64,000 nucleotides of DNA from Salisapilia sapeloensis CBS 127946 (GCA_023334545.1 JAADVB010000039.1:1-64000); one strand, 5' to 3'; counted from the first letter of the stretch, positions 31,538-42,052 are shown. Program-made: numbers and translations. Notes: a model not told the origin generated them from the letters alone.

Positions 31538-32376
31538 TCTTGAGACTGATCGTTTGGTAAAGATAAAAAAACGCGTACGTCAATAGCTATCAGCGGATAC
31601 ATTTCGATTTAAATCGATTGGATTTATCCGGACTTGGCACGACTTTTATTGGAAAGCATCATTTCATCAAAACGTTCGAAATAGGAGCTGTCAAAGACAA
31701 ATCTGCCTTCGATGGATGTATTCTTGCAAAAAAGGTATTTCTACTCCCGAGAGTTCTATTCATCTTCGGAAGTGTTTTTCTCTCGACGATTCTTTTTAAG
31801 CTTCTGCTGCATCAAGAGCTGTAGCTGTTGTTCCATCAACTTGTTATTCCGCTGTAGGGCATTGTAGATGGCAAGTAGCAGAACGACTACTGCCATCAAG
31901 AGCACGTGTGAAAAGTTGAATTTAAATCCAGAAGCATTGCCTATTTACATACAAAAATAGCTCGTTATGAACAAGCTCCGAACCTTTCTGTCATGTCGAT
32001 GACGTACCTAGCAGTTGCTCAAGCGCAAGCCGGATGTGGCGGACATCTACATCCAAAAGTTGAATTTAGAATCCCATGCTTTTATACATATGTACAAGTA
32101 AAAGATAAAATATATTCACGTACATGGCTGAAGCCCACGAACAAGAGGGATCGTCAAGTAGTCTTTGAGATCTGTGGTGGCTGCGCGTTAAAACTTATAA
32201 ATGTACCATGAAAACTTGCTAGCTTACCAATAGAAAGGAATCGGTAAAGCTGTTGAAAATGGAAGAGCACTAGACCAGAGACCACCAGTATAACTGGAGG
32301 AAGCAGCGCAAGCTGAAGCACACTGATATTCAGCAGCATCGTATCGATTTTGCCACGTTGTCTGTTTCAATCTATC

Positions 32377-33896
32377 ATGAAACGACGTATGCGCTTCAAG
32401 GTGAGACAGTCATCCAACAGCATGCCTCAGCAACGATGTGTGAAGACATTTATAGCGGATGACAAGTACGATGAAGTAATTCGGTATTTGCAAGCGAATG
32501 GGTGGAAACGAGTGCATATTCGAAGCCCTTTCTTTCGTCTAGCATGGGTCAATTACACTGCAGTTCGATGGACAAAGCTTCGTGATAATCAAATTGTTAA
32601 TCACATTCGCAACTCAATCGTCTTCTCTCAAAAGGATGTGTTTGCAAAAGCTATGCATGAGCATGCGAAACACACAACAGCCCTTTTACCAGATACATTT
32701 ATACTAGATGACAAATCGGCGAGTACAATCATCACGGACATTGAAAAGTGGGCAAATTTCTATGCTTCTATGAATGTCCTGAAGCAATGTACTCAGCTTC
32801 AAAAGCATACAGAAATGAGCAGAGAGGCTGCCATTTCAGCAGGTAGATACTGCGGTAAATTTACTTGCGATAATTTGCAAGGCCATGACATCTCGCGTGT
32901 AGTCAATCAAGCTTTCGATGACGAAGCAAGCTTACGACAGTTCATTCGGTCAGCTCAGAGTAGTCATCCTTGTGTGAAAACTGGAACAAGTGCTGCTCAT
33001 GCTAGTGTATGGATTTGCAAGCCGGCGAATCTTTCTCAAGGAAGAGGCATCCAAGTGACTGGGTCGCCACATGAATTGATTACCCTCCTTACTCGCTTAG
33101 CAAAAGAGAGCTCTTTGATATCCAGCAACCAAAGAAAATCAAAGCCAACGAAATGGGTAGTACAGAAGTATATTGAAAGGCCTCTGTTACTCCAAGGAGG
33201 CCGAAAGTTTGACATAAGGCAATGGGTTCTCATATCCCAAATCGATCCACTTGAGATCTATTGGTACAATGAAAGCTATCTCCGCTTTTGTAGCAAACCG
33301 TTCTCGCTGGATGAAAGCTCCTTGAAGGATGCTTTTAGACACTTGTCAAACTACTCGATTCAAAAGCAGGCGCATAGCGAGAACGATCGCCACGGTACTG
33401 ATGACGCGATCTTTGAGTCCATGTGGTCATTAGCAAGGTTTCAACGAGAGCTAGTCACAATGTTTGGGCAAGATAAGTGGACTGAAGAAATTCTACCTCA
33501 AATGAAACAAGCCGCGACAAAATGCATACTTGCTTGCCAAGATCAGCTTTCACAGCCAGTGGTACCTATCTATTCTGCCGATTTTAACAAGCTTCATCTA
33601 CCTACTTTAACGATGCTTAGAACGGCTTTGAGTGGCTCGGATTTGACTTTTTGATTGATGAAACTTTGCATGTATGGCTGCTTGAAGTAAATGTTAGTCC
33701 AGATCTAAGCCATAGCACACCCGTAACGTCCAAGCTGGTTACCAAAGCGACGGCGGATGCGTTGCAATGTGAGTGCTTGCGACATACATACATAAATCTG
33801 ACTGATCAACCTATTATCATTTCCCATGCAGTACTTCTAGGGAATGGGAAGTCGCTTTTAGGCTGCAATGGATGGGAACGACTGCTGATAGACTAA
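32377..33896 (+). CDS. Tubulin-tyrosine-ligase-like protein, TTLL3/TTLL8 glycylase type; join(32377..33561,33621..33768,33832..33896)
   Basis: WICKPANLSQGRGI, VVQKYIERPLL, KFDIRQW, YLRFCSKPFSL, HLSNYSIQK. Splicing restores FEWLGFDFLIDETLHVWLLEVNVSP. Introns of 59 and 63 nt. Start codon uncertain. Confidence 0.82.
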
Positions 33897-34247
33897 GTAT
33901 AGTAGTCGGCGACCGCCGGCCATCACTGGTCACCTCGACTATTGGATACATTTAGTTCATTAACACGCATAAATCGGACAAAATACGCATTTGTATGAAT
34001 GGTTCTCTTCGTCTAATGGAATACCGTTGACCAGAACGCATGAGATTGCGCTCATCTCCATGTATTCTTCTCAAGTCCAGCGCTAAAAGGCGTGGGACGC
34101 TTCAAGTTCACTGTGAAAGGTCGCAAGATTCTGTAGCGACGCCCCTACTCGCACGACTTCCACGATAGTTCTTCGTGTCGCTTCATTTAGCCTTTTCCAG
34201 CGCAGGTGCATTCATCTCAATTGTCTTTATCTTGAACAGCATTGAGT

Positions 34248-35393
34248 ATGGCATCTATCTCCAAGTCCGATAGCGTTCAAGTGAAGGAATGTGATATCAA
34301 CATGAAGACGATCGGTCAGGATGCCAAGACTGCTGAAGCTGCTGAAGTCCTCTGTGACCGCTTCGCAACAGATAGCAATCATTTTGGCAAGCGGAAGCGT
34401 CGTAATAGTGAATCTGACATGCGTTCGAGTCTACTCAAGAGCGAAGACGGTATCGAACGACCGGTCTCTGCCCCAAATGACACGGTCATACCAATGACTG
34501 AGATGTCTAGTGCTACAGTCAATTATATGGATCTACTTAAGCCTGATACATCCATGACATTAGAGGAACGCTTGCAACAGCAAGCAGAGGTTATTACGTC
34601 GTTGCGCAAGAAAGAGCTGCAGAACGCAGGTGAAATGGAGCAGCTTCGAAATAGTGTCTTATCCTTACAACAAGATCTGATGCGGCTTATGTCGATCGTT
34701 GAGATGCAAATGCAGATGCCGATGTACTATCCCATGGCCGTACATGAAAATGACTATGCAATGACAACATATCCGGGGTTCACGCCCATTCTGAACTGTG
34801 GTCAGAATCAGGATGGGGAGTGGATTCGGCCCTATGGTAGCGCTACATACGAAGACAAAGCTCCTGGTGTAAGCGGATGTGAAGATCTTATTTCTCCTCA
34901 ATCCTTAAACAACCTTTCGCCTTCCTCGATCCCAACGGCTGCTCGATATAGCAAGAGGCCTTGGTCACAAAAGGAAGACTTTACCTTGGCTCAGTCTGTT
35001 CAAGCGATGGGAACGAATGACTGGGCCTCAATTGCTCGCCTGCTTCCTGGACGTTGTGGAAAACAGTGTCGCGAACGCTGGGTGAATCATCTAAACCCGA
35101 CGGTCAATAAAAACGCTTGGACGAAAGAAGAAGATCAAATTATCTTCCAGACACGCGAACGCATTGGTAACCGATGGGCAGATATTGCTAAGATGCTCCC
35201 AGGACGAACGGATAATGCTATCAAGAATCGATATTACTCTACGATCCGACGAAACGAACGCGCTGGCTTACGCAAGCGTCGTAAGTGTAGTCCTAGCACA
35301 ACCGAACCGGAGTCTTCCGACGGGTCGTCTCATGTCGAAGCTGACAACTCGGACAAGAATAGTTTCGGTGGTGCTTCTCCTCATGACTTGTGA
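34248..35393 (+). CDS. R2R3 Myb transcription factor with N-terminal coiled coil
   Basis: Two Myb repeats: [29 protein letters not shown] and [29 protein letters not shown]. Confidence 0.93.
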   Translation: MASISKSDSVQVKECDINMKTIGQDAKTAEAAEVLCDRFATDSNHFGKRKRRNSESDMRSSLLKSEDGIERPVSAPNDTVIPMTEMSSATVNYMDLLKPDTSMTLEERLQQQAEVITSLRKKELQNAGEMEQLRNSVLSLQQDLMRLMSIVEMQMQMPMYYPMAVHENDYAMTTYPGFTPILNCGQNQDGEWIRPYGSATYEDKAPGVSGCEDLISPQSLNNLSPSSIPTAARYSKRPWSQKEDFTLAQSVQAMGTNDWASIARLLPGRCGKQCRERWVNHLNPTVNKNAWTKEEDQIIFQTRERIGNRWADIAKMLPGRTDNAIKNRYYSTIRRNERAGLRKRRKCSPSTTEPESSDGSSHVEADNSDKNSFGGASPHDL

Positions 35394-35648
35394 AGTTCTG
35401 CCCATAAGCATGATCTCGGCAATAGATTTCATAAAGATTGATCTTTAATAGTAGTTTGCTTATTGTGCTTTCCATCTCGAAAATCGTTACGTCAAGCATC
35501 GTCTTCTTGCATCATCATGGCAATAAGTCTCGCGCCGCCTACCTGTCGAGGCTGGGACTGATCACATGTAGCGGCGTTTCATGCTGCCATTGCTAAATTA
35601 TTTACTTCACTTCACACTAAAGCGCAGCACCCTTATCGAACAAGAGGT

Positions 35649-37028
35649 ATGAGTGGCACGAAAGGAAGTGGAAAGCTGCGATGGAAGGTGGATAATGAAA
35701 AGCATGTTGTCGTGTGGAACTTTGAGCGAAGAGGTTGGACCAAAACGGACGGCGATGACTGGAATATCTATTGGGCTGGCAAAGCTTCGCTTCGCGGGAT
35801 CTTTAACCCAGAAGGAGGAGCTCGACTGACCGAGACGCAGTATATCAATCATTTTCCAAACCACTATGAGCTCACTCGAAAGGATCTCATGGTAAAAAAC
35901 ATTAAGCGATATCGGAAGGAATTGACAGGATCTAGCTTTGCGGTAGGATCTACGATAAGCACATCTTCTGATGCAAACACAGGAAGCAATGTTACCTCAA
36001 CGAACCCAGTCAGTAACTCTGCAGCACCTGTTGCTCCACTACCAACGTCTGGAAATACCACTCTGAGTGTGACTCCTGAAGCATTGGACTTCCTCCCTGT
36101 GACATACACGCTTCCTGGTGACTATTCCTTGTTTGTTGAGGAGTTTCGTCGCAACCCGAACGCGATGTGGATCTTGAAACCTTGCTCTCTTGCACAGGGT
36201 AAAGGTATATCCTTGATCAATAAGCTATCCCAAACGAAAAAATGGGCCAATGCCAAGGACTCAACAGCAAGTAGAGAGACTTACGTCGTCTCGAGGTATA
36301 TTGAGAATCCGTTGTTAGTAGGAGGAAAGAAGTTTGATCTACGGATGTATGTATTGGTAACTTCATATCGTCCTCTTCATGCATACGTGCATCGAGAAGG
36401 ATTCGCTCGTTTCTGCAGTACAAAATATCTGCCTGGAGTCGAAGCAATGGACAATCCATTCGTACACCTCACAAATGTTGCCGTACAAAAGAAGAATGAA
36501 GAGTACAATAGTAGTCATGGTGGAAAATGGACAGTCACGAACTTGTGTCTCTATGTCGAATCTACTCGAGGACCACACGCTGGTGAAAGGCTTCTTCGAG
36601 ATATTCACGACGTCATGCGTCATGCTCTACGTGCTGTTCAGCACGTTATAATCAATGACTCGCATTGCTTCGAGTGCTACGGGTACGACATTATAATTGA
36701 TGAAACCTTAAAGCCTTGGTTGGTAGAAGTAAATGCGTCGCCGTCGTTGACAACCACTACGACAGAAGATCGAAATATGAAGTCAAGGCTCATCCGAGAT
36801 GTGCTTGAGCTCGTTGTTCCTCCTGAAGGAGCTGTCTCCAGTACAGTAGGGGAGGGTCGACGTGCAGCTTCCGTTCCTCTAGTCATTCCAAGTCCTTGGA
36901 ATGGTTTTAGCATTCTTTGTGGTGAAGTACCATCAAACTCAAATACAAACGGGACTTCATCGGAACAGGAAAAGCATCGCGATAAGAAAGGAGGAAAGAA
37001 GAGTGTGTCGGGAGCGCTATGGAGGTAA
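35649..37028 (+). CDS. TTLL1: Tubulin polyglutamylase TTLL1 ortholog
   Basis: Diagnostic INHFPNHYELTRKDLMVKNIKRYRKEL, plus WILKP..QGKGI, KFDLRMYVLVTSYRPL, HCFECYGYDIIID..PWLVEVNASPS. Confidence 0.92.
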   Translation: MSGTKGSGKLRWKVDNEKHVVVWNFERRGWTKTDGDDWNIYWAGKASLRGIFNPEGGARLTETQYINHFPNHYELTRKDLMVKNIKRYRKELTGSSFAVGSTISTSSDANTGSNVTSTNPVSNSAAPVAPLPTSGNTTLSVTPEALDFLPVTYTLPGDYSLFVEEFRRNPNAMWILKPCSLAQGKGISLINKLSQTKKWANAKDSTASRETYVVSRYIENPLLVGGKKFDLRMYVLVTSYRPLHAYVHREGFARFCSTKYLPGVEAMDNPFVHLTNVAVQKKNEEYNSSHGGKWTVTNLCLYVESTRGPHAGERLLRDIHDVMRHALRAVQHVIINDSHCFECYGYDIIIDETLKPWLVEVNASPSLTTTTTEDRNMKSRLIRDVLELVVPPEGAVSSTVGEGRRAASVPLVIPSPWNGFSILCGEVPSNSNTNGTSSEQEKHRDKKGGKKSVSGALWR

Positions 37029-37122
37029 ACAAATGTGCAAATATTAGATAAGAACAAATGAACGAAACGAGACCGATAGAGTTCGTGTATGTTTGCTCCT
37101 GTTGGATGATAAAGCAGTAAAT

Positions 37123-40100
37123 TTAATCTCGCGTCGTCGGTGCCATGCCTCGAATCGTTTCGTACGTAAGGAACGAGATGACAGCCGATGGGACGGACTT
37201 GACACAATTCGGAACGAGACCTCGGTACAGTCCAGGCACCTTCCATCCCCAGACACGTTGCTTTGGTTCTTCACGTACAGTGTCCTTCACACAAGACCAT
37301 AGCGATTTGTAGCTTGGGAACGACAAGTCTGGATGCCACGCGCCTTGCACCTGCATCCGGCGGCGCACCACATCAAACGGGTACGAAACAAACTGTGAAG
37401 TCATAGAAGAGATGGTGGCACAAAGGATTTGTCCTGGTACACTCGGATGCCCCAGCTCACTACCAATCTTGTCCGTATCGTACAGCACAAAGACCGGTCG
37501 TAGGAACTCATAAATGGCATAATTGCATCCAATGTAAGTAAAGACACCAAGACTGGACGGTACAAAGCCTCGATAGAATGCCTTCATCCCTTCCTCTGAG
37601 TGCATTTTACGGAAACAATCTTGGATGCCCGAGTAGTACCGGTCTGAAGAAATGTACTGCTGTACACTGAGACGACCACGTACAGCCTCAAGCGGGTAAA
37701 AGAGTCCATTCACAGTCAATCCGGCAAGTCCACCAGCCAAGAGATTCGTCGAGTGTCTTTCGAGAGAAGTTAAGAATGGAAACTCACCACCAGCTTTTGA
37801 TCGCTTTGCTGCGGTCTGAAGCTTATTGCGATATATATCACACAACATGAATTTGGTAGGTAGGGAAGGGACGACCCAGAGGCAATGGGCAAAGTTACCA
37901 CTGTACAGACTTCTAGCTCCTGACACTCGGACCATGTTCTTCAGCCCACGAAATGTACTTGGATATGGCACTTGAAGCAGCTTCGTACTGCTGCGTGTGC
38001 TTGAAGGTGTCGACACTTGCATCAAGATTTTCAATCGCTCCAATGGGGCACATGCAGTACGTGCTAGAGTACCAGCCGCAATAGCAGAGATGAACGCAGC
38101 GACGTGGTCTTGTAGCTTTTGGACTGATTCGCTTACCGAAGTTGATTCTGTTGTCGACTTCCCGCTCGTCAAGACACCTTTCGGATAGTCCCAGTCGTTG
38201 GCCGCTGGGTTATGCCGAATCGCAGACATCCAGCCAGACTTGAGGTTCGAATCAAACGTCAGCGCGACCTTGCCTTGATTCACATCCGCTGCCAATCCAT
38301 CTGCATGCAGTTCAGCCGCACGCCAAATGCCTCGCAACGCTTCAATATCGTCTTTTAACGCTTCCACGAACCGTCGAAAGTCACTGTCATTCGTATACAC
38401 GGCACCATGGCGAGTATATTTTTTCTCCTCATCTTCCAACGCCGTGATGGCACGAGATAAATCGTCATGAGTCACATAGCGCTTATCAGACACTTCATTC
38501 GAGAACCCGAACAACGTCCGAAGGTACTCGAGTTCATCCTTTTCTGATCGAGCTGGCAATTCCTCCTTTCGAGCACGTAACCACTTCCGAACGGTGGACG
38601 GAAGATGCTGTAGTCGAATAGCTCCTTGGTGTTCATCGTCATCATGACAACCTGGCGTTCCGAGTTTCTCGGACTTTAGCATTCGGAAAGAAGCTTCCGG
38701 AAGTAGTTGATCAGTGCTAGGTGCACCTAACGCAATATGAAAGTGTGCGAATTGAGAGAAATTAACTAGTCCAGAAGCATCATGGAATAGAAGAGAGAAT
38801 GCAAGTGCCATGCCACGATCATATGCTACTGGTGATGGCAAATCTACTTTCTCGACATCATTGTCACCTATACTCGCTTGCACTCGTCTCGGTCGAGACA
38901 ACATCTTTTCCAGATCGTCTCGAGTAATAAACGATTCCTCTGTTTCAGACCGACTTTCTCGACTCATCTTCCGAAAGAGATTAAACAAAGCAGCGGATCC
39001 ACTGCGTGTGATCGTCAAGAAACTCGCTCGATCCATGCACCATACTTTAGCATCCTCCAGCGCCGTCACAGTGGCACCTCGTCGACTATTGTACAGCAAC
39101 GCAGCTTCTCCAAACGTTGATCCAGACCCAATAACACGATCGACAAACTCTTCCGTTCGGTTGGGTTTGTGTCTCGTGATTTGACACCGACCGGACTGGA
39201 TCAAGTAAAAGTAGTCGCCTTGGTCACCCTGTCGCAATACAGTTGATCCTGCTCGTACGTCCAGTGGAAAGCACTTGCGCACTGCCATCGCCTTGGCTCG
39301 TTCACCCAACTCTGCAAACAACGGATGGTCCGATATAGCTTCCAGAAGGAAGCGCTGGTCATCTAAAGACTTCTGACTATCAGGATGAGTTGACACGATC
39401 TGCCGGAATGTCGGTTTATCTAATCGCCACAGCACTGCGCCTTGCTTACTACGCACAGTGGCACGACGAGGCGTGTCGTACATGAGAGCTGACTCTCCTA
39501 GTGCAGATTCAGGTCCATTCGTAGCAACCAAGACACTTTGTTGACCTAAATTTGACCCATAGACACCCATTGCTCCAAGTGTCGAGCGACGTGTCAGTCG
39601 AGTCGAGCGAGATCGAGACAATTTCGAAGCAGATTGATGAGTTTCGGTCTTTTCTTCATTACTTTTTGTGTGATGGTAATCGTCATCCATCGTCGATTCA
39701 TGCAAGTAATGATCATAGTCCACGTATACATCACACTCTCCTTCCTCGACAATGTAAAAGAACTCACCTGCTTCTCCCTGATAAAACAACGTTTCTCCTG
39801 CAAGCAGTTCTCGTCGACGAAACTGCTTGGCGATGGAAATAAGCTCCGGTTCACTCAACATGTGGAAGAGCTGGTGTCGACGTAGACAAGCAACGAGCTG
39901 CGATAGTTCCTTGCCTTCCTGTGGCTGCCTTGACGTCTTCTCTTCCTCCAACTGACGAAAACGATGTTCCATGCTGGTCAAATGCTTTCGTAGCGAGATT
40001 TCAGATAAGAAGCTCACATCCTGTTGGAATTTAAGATAGTCATTCACACCTGTTCCATCTCCTTCCTTATCCGAAAAGTGCTTCGGTAGGTAGGAATTGG

Positions 40101-40914
40101 AAGAAGGGTATGGTAACAAGAGACCTAGGTATTGATATAACGCTGCAGCCAATTGAGAACAGAAGACTTTACTGGAAGCACCGGACGGCATCACTTGTCC
40201 GTCTCTATCTTTTGGAAACAGCGGATCCATCTCATTCTCAAAGATGGAACGCTCCGTCTGCCGTAATTGCTCCGTCAGAGCTCGATACTTTTCACCAACA
40301 CGCTCGCGCTCAGTTTCCAATGCATTACGCTCAAACTGAGGCATGTTACGTCGGTGCTGCAAGTCCCCATCTAGTCTCACTAGCTCCTTTTTGGCGGCAA
40401 TAAGCGAATGGAATAACTTCTCTCGACCTTGACGTGTCGGAACGTTGACACCAGCGTTGAATAAACGCTGTGGACGGTTTTCGTACGGACTATCGAGCGC
40501 CCAGTGGGCAAATTCCCACGCTTTTTCACAAAACTCATCATCTCGAACTGCCTGAAGCTTTCGTAACGTGACTTCATGAGCTCGAGATCGACGAATGCGC
40601 TCGGATAATGGTCGTAGCTTGACACCAGATAGAGCAGCTTCAAGTAAAAACAACTCACCCGATTCCGGGTCCCGAATGACAATGCCATTATGGTCAAAAC
40701 GAGTTCTACCAAACATCTTTGCAGCCACACAGATCGATGCACCATACGGCGACATGGACGAACAAGCTCGGTCGAAGAGCACAATGTCTCCCGTATCAGC
40801 ACCTAGTAATTGCAATACATCTTTCAATTTGGCATCTTCAACCTGTTCCCGAACATCCTTTTCATTCAATTCCTTTACTTCATCTTCCGCCTTGTCCGTC
40901 GTAAGAGATGCCAT
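37123..40914 (-). CDS. Multidomain fusion: permuted papain-like (YiiX/Peptidase_C92-like) hydrolase + two cNMP-binding domains + EF-hand-like region + mitochondrial carrier (SLC25)
   Basis: One uninterrupted ORF. Hydrolase: GDIVLF..DHNGIV..LLEA..FCSQL. CNB cassettes: GESALMYDTPRRAT and FGEAALLYNSRRGAT. EF-like: HDASGLVNFSQF. Carrier signatures: PLERLK, PLEAVR, PFDVVR. First ATG is at 40914; the track starts at a TTG at 41001. Confidence 0.88.
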   Translation of the reverse strand: MASLTTDKAEDEVKELNEKDVREQVEDAKLKDVLQLLGADTGDIVLFDRACSSMSPYGASICVAAKMFGRTRFDHNGIVIRDPESGELFLLEAALSGVKLRPLSERIRRSRAHEVTLRKLQAVRDDEFCEKAWEFAHWALDSPYENRPQRLFNAGVNVPTRQGREKLFHSLIAAKKELVRLDGDLQHRRNMPQFERNALETERERVGEKYRALTEQLRQTERSIFENEMDPLFPKDRDGQVMPSGASSKVFCSQLAAALYQYLGLLLPYPSSNSYLPKHFSDKEGDGTGVNDYLKFQQDVSFLSEISLRKHLTSMEHRFRQLEEEKTSRQPQEGKELSQLVACLRRHQLFHMLSEPELISIAKQFRRRELLAGETLFYQGEAGEFFYIVEEGECDVYVDYDHYLHESTMDDDYHHTKSNEEKTETHQSASKLSRSRSTRLTRRSTLGAMGVYGSNLGQQSVLVATNGPESALGESALMYDTPRRATVRSKQGAVLWRLDKPTFRQIVSTHPDSQKSLDDQRFLLEAISDHPLFAELGERAKAMAVRKCFPLDVRAGSTVLRQGDQGDYFYLIQSGRCQITRHKPNRTEEFVDRVIGSGSTFGEAALLYNSRRGATVTALEDAKVWCMDRASFLTITRSGSAALFNLFRKMSRESRSETEESFITRDDLEKMLSRPRRVQASIGDNDVEKVDLPSPVAYDRGMALAFSLLFHDASGLVNFSQFAHFHIALGAPSTDQLLPEASFRMLKSEKLGTPGCHDDDEHQGAIRLQHLPSTVRKWLRARKEELPARSEKDELEYLRTLFGFSNEVSDKRYVTHDDLSRAITALEDEEKKYTRHGAVYTNDSDFRRFVEALKDDIEALRGIWRAAELHADGLAADVNQGKVALTFDSNLKSGWMSAIRHNPAANDWDYPKGVLTSGKSTTESTSVSESVQKLQDHVAAFISAIAAGTLARTACAPLERLKILMQVSTPSSTRSSTKLLQVPYPSTFRGLKNMVRVSGARSLYSGNFAHCLWVVPSLPTKFMLCDIYRNKLQTAAKRSKAGGEFPFLTSLERHSTNLLAGGLAGLTVNGLFYPLEAVRGRLSVQQYISSDRYYSGIQDCFRKMHSEEGMKAFYRGFVPSSLGVFTYIGCNYAIYEFLRPVFVLYDTDKIGSELGHPSVPGQILCATISSMTSQFVSYPFDVVRRRMQVQGAWHPDLSFPSYKSLWSCVKDTVREEPKQRVWGWKVPGLYRGLVPNCVKSVPSAVISFLTYETIRGMAPTTRD

Positions 40915-40989
40915 CGTCGTCGATATGTCGGTGACAGCTTCGTGACCAGTCTGATCGGAGGTACCCTTGTTGTAACAGACAAACACGAC

Positions 40990-41670
40990 ATGTGGACACA
41001 AATGCGGACAAGACCGATGTGGTCGATGCGAGCTACGTCTAGGCTGCTTCCACGATCACTATCGACGAATACAAACAGACTAAAAGGATTGGCATTAGAA
41101 GAGCAAACCGTGGATGTGATGCGATCGATGAAATGTGAGCTTACGCCGACGCAAATATCCCAAGATGGAGGCATCGATCATCATGTACATGCGTCATGCT
41201 TATGAGTGCAATTTTATGTTGTATGTAGCTGATCGTTTGCATGTTTGATGTGGATACCTAGGGTGTATGGGATTTACCGGATATGCAAGTGGAAGTTGTG
41301 ACGCAATGCAAGAATGAATCAAGTGCCGTGGGTGTCCAGTCCCTGCGTGAATTCCATGGGTCTTTGAGTCGTTATTCGACGCATACAGTCGGTCTCTTTG
41401 TTTCTGCTTCTGGCTATAGCATATACGCTCGTAGGTAAGTCACCACTCTTCTATAAGCGATGACAAGCATGATAATAAAGTAGATTCTGTAGATTTTTCC
41501 AGCGCATGGATCAGCCTTGTATACTAAGCACCATCGAAAACGGCCAGTTCACCTCCTTTTTCCTAAATACCGCAGCTCATAGTCTGCTTCCAAAGCTCAC
41601 TTGCGCCACTATGTTCAATGACTATGCACATGAACTAGTACTCACGTACGGAGGCGAAATTTTAGGCTAA
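40990..41670 (+). CDS. RRG7/DUF2034-like mitochondrial Mrr-type PD-(D/E)xK nuclease-family protein, 181 aa; join(40990..41184,41262..41434,41493..41670)
   Basis: Not assembled in the ORF track. Removing 77-nt and 58-nt GT-AG introns gives an Arg-rich, acid-free presequence (MWTQMRTRPMWSMRATSRLLPRSLST), then KGLALEE..DGGIDHHGVWDLP..VVTQCK..SLREFHG..GLFVSASGYS, the Mrr-like D..D..QxK pattern. Total 546 nt, in frame. Confidence 0.78.
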
Positions 41671-42052
41671 GTAAACAGCGTATCGTCAGTAGCAATCTGT
41701 GTACCGATTAAAATACACAAGACGCCATTATGTGTGTTTAATAGTCTTATTTAAACATCGCTACCTTCCTATTCTATAGTTAAGAATGAGTATAGAATTA
41801 ACATATTAACTTTATACACGAAACAAAGTTGGATGGAAATCAAGTAGAAATCTGTTTTGGTTGTATACGATTGTGCCTAACGGTCCTAAGAATACCCACT
41901 GCTCTTTATCACAGCCAGTACTGGACAGATATCGAGTATGCGTACTTAGTATACTGCTACGATTGGATCAACTTTCTTTGGCAGTGCAGCTATTCATCTC
42001 ACTATCATCCATCATCAGCGTCCTTTTTAATCCAACTATCTAGAATGAATAC

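Noticed and set aside
31604-31617. 14-bp perfect palindrome TCGATTTAAATCGA in a divergent promoter
   Set aside because: About four such palindromes are expected by chance in 64 kb (64000/4^7).
40875-41174. Minus-strand 99-aa ORF containing DHIGLV, resembling the hydrolase His motif
   Set aside because: Out of frame with the fusion gene, cannot be spliced into it plausibly, and is antisense to the well-supported RRG7-like exon 1.
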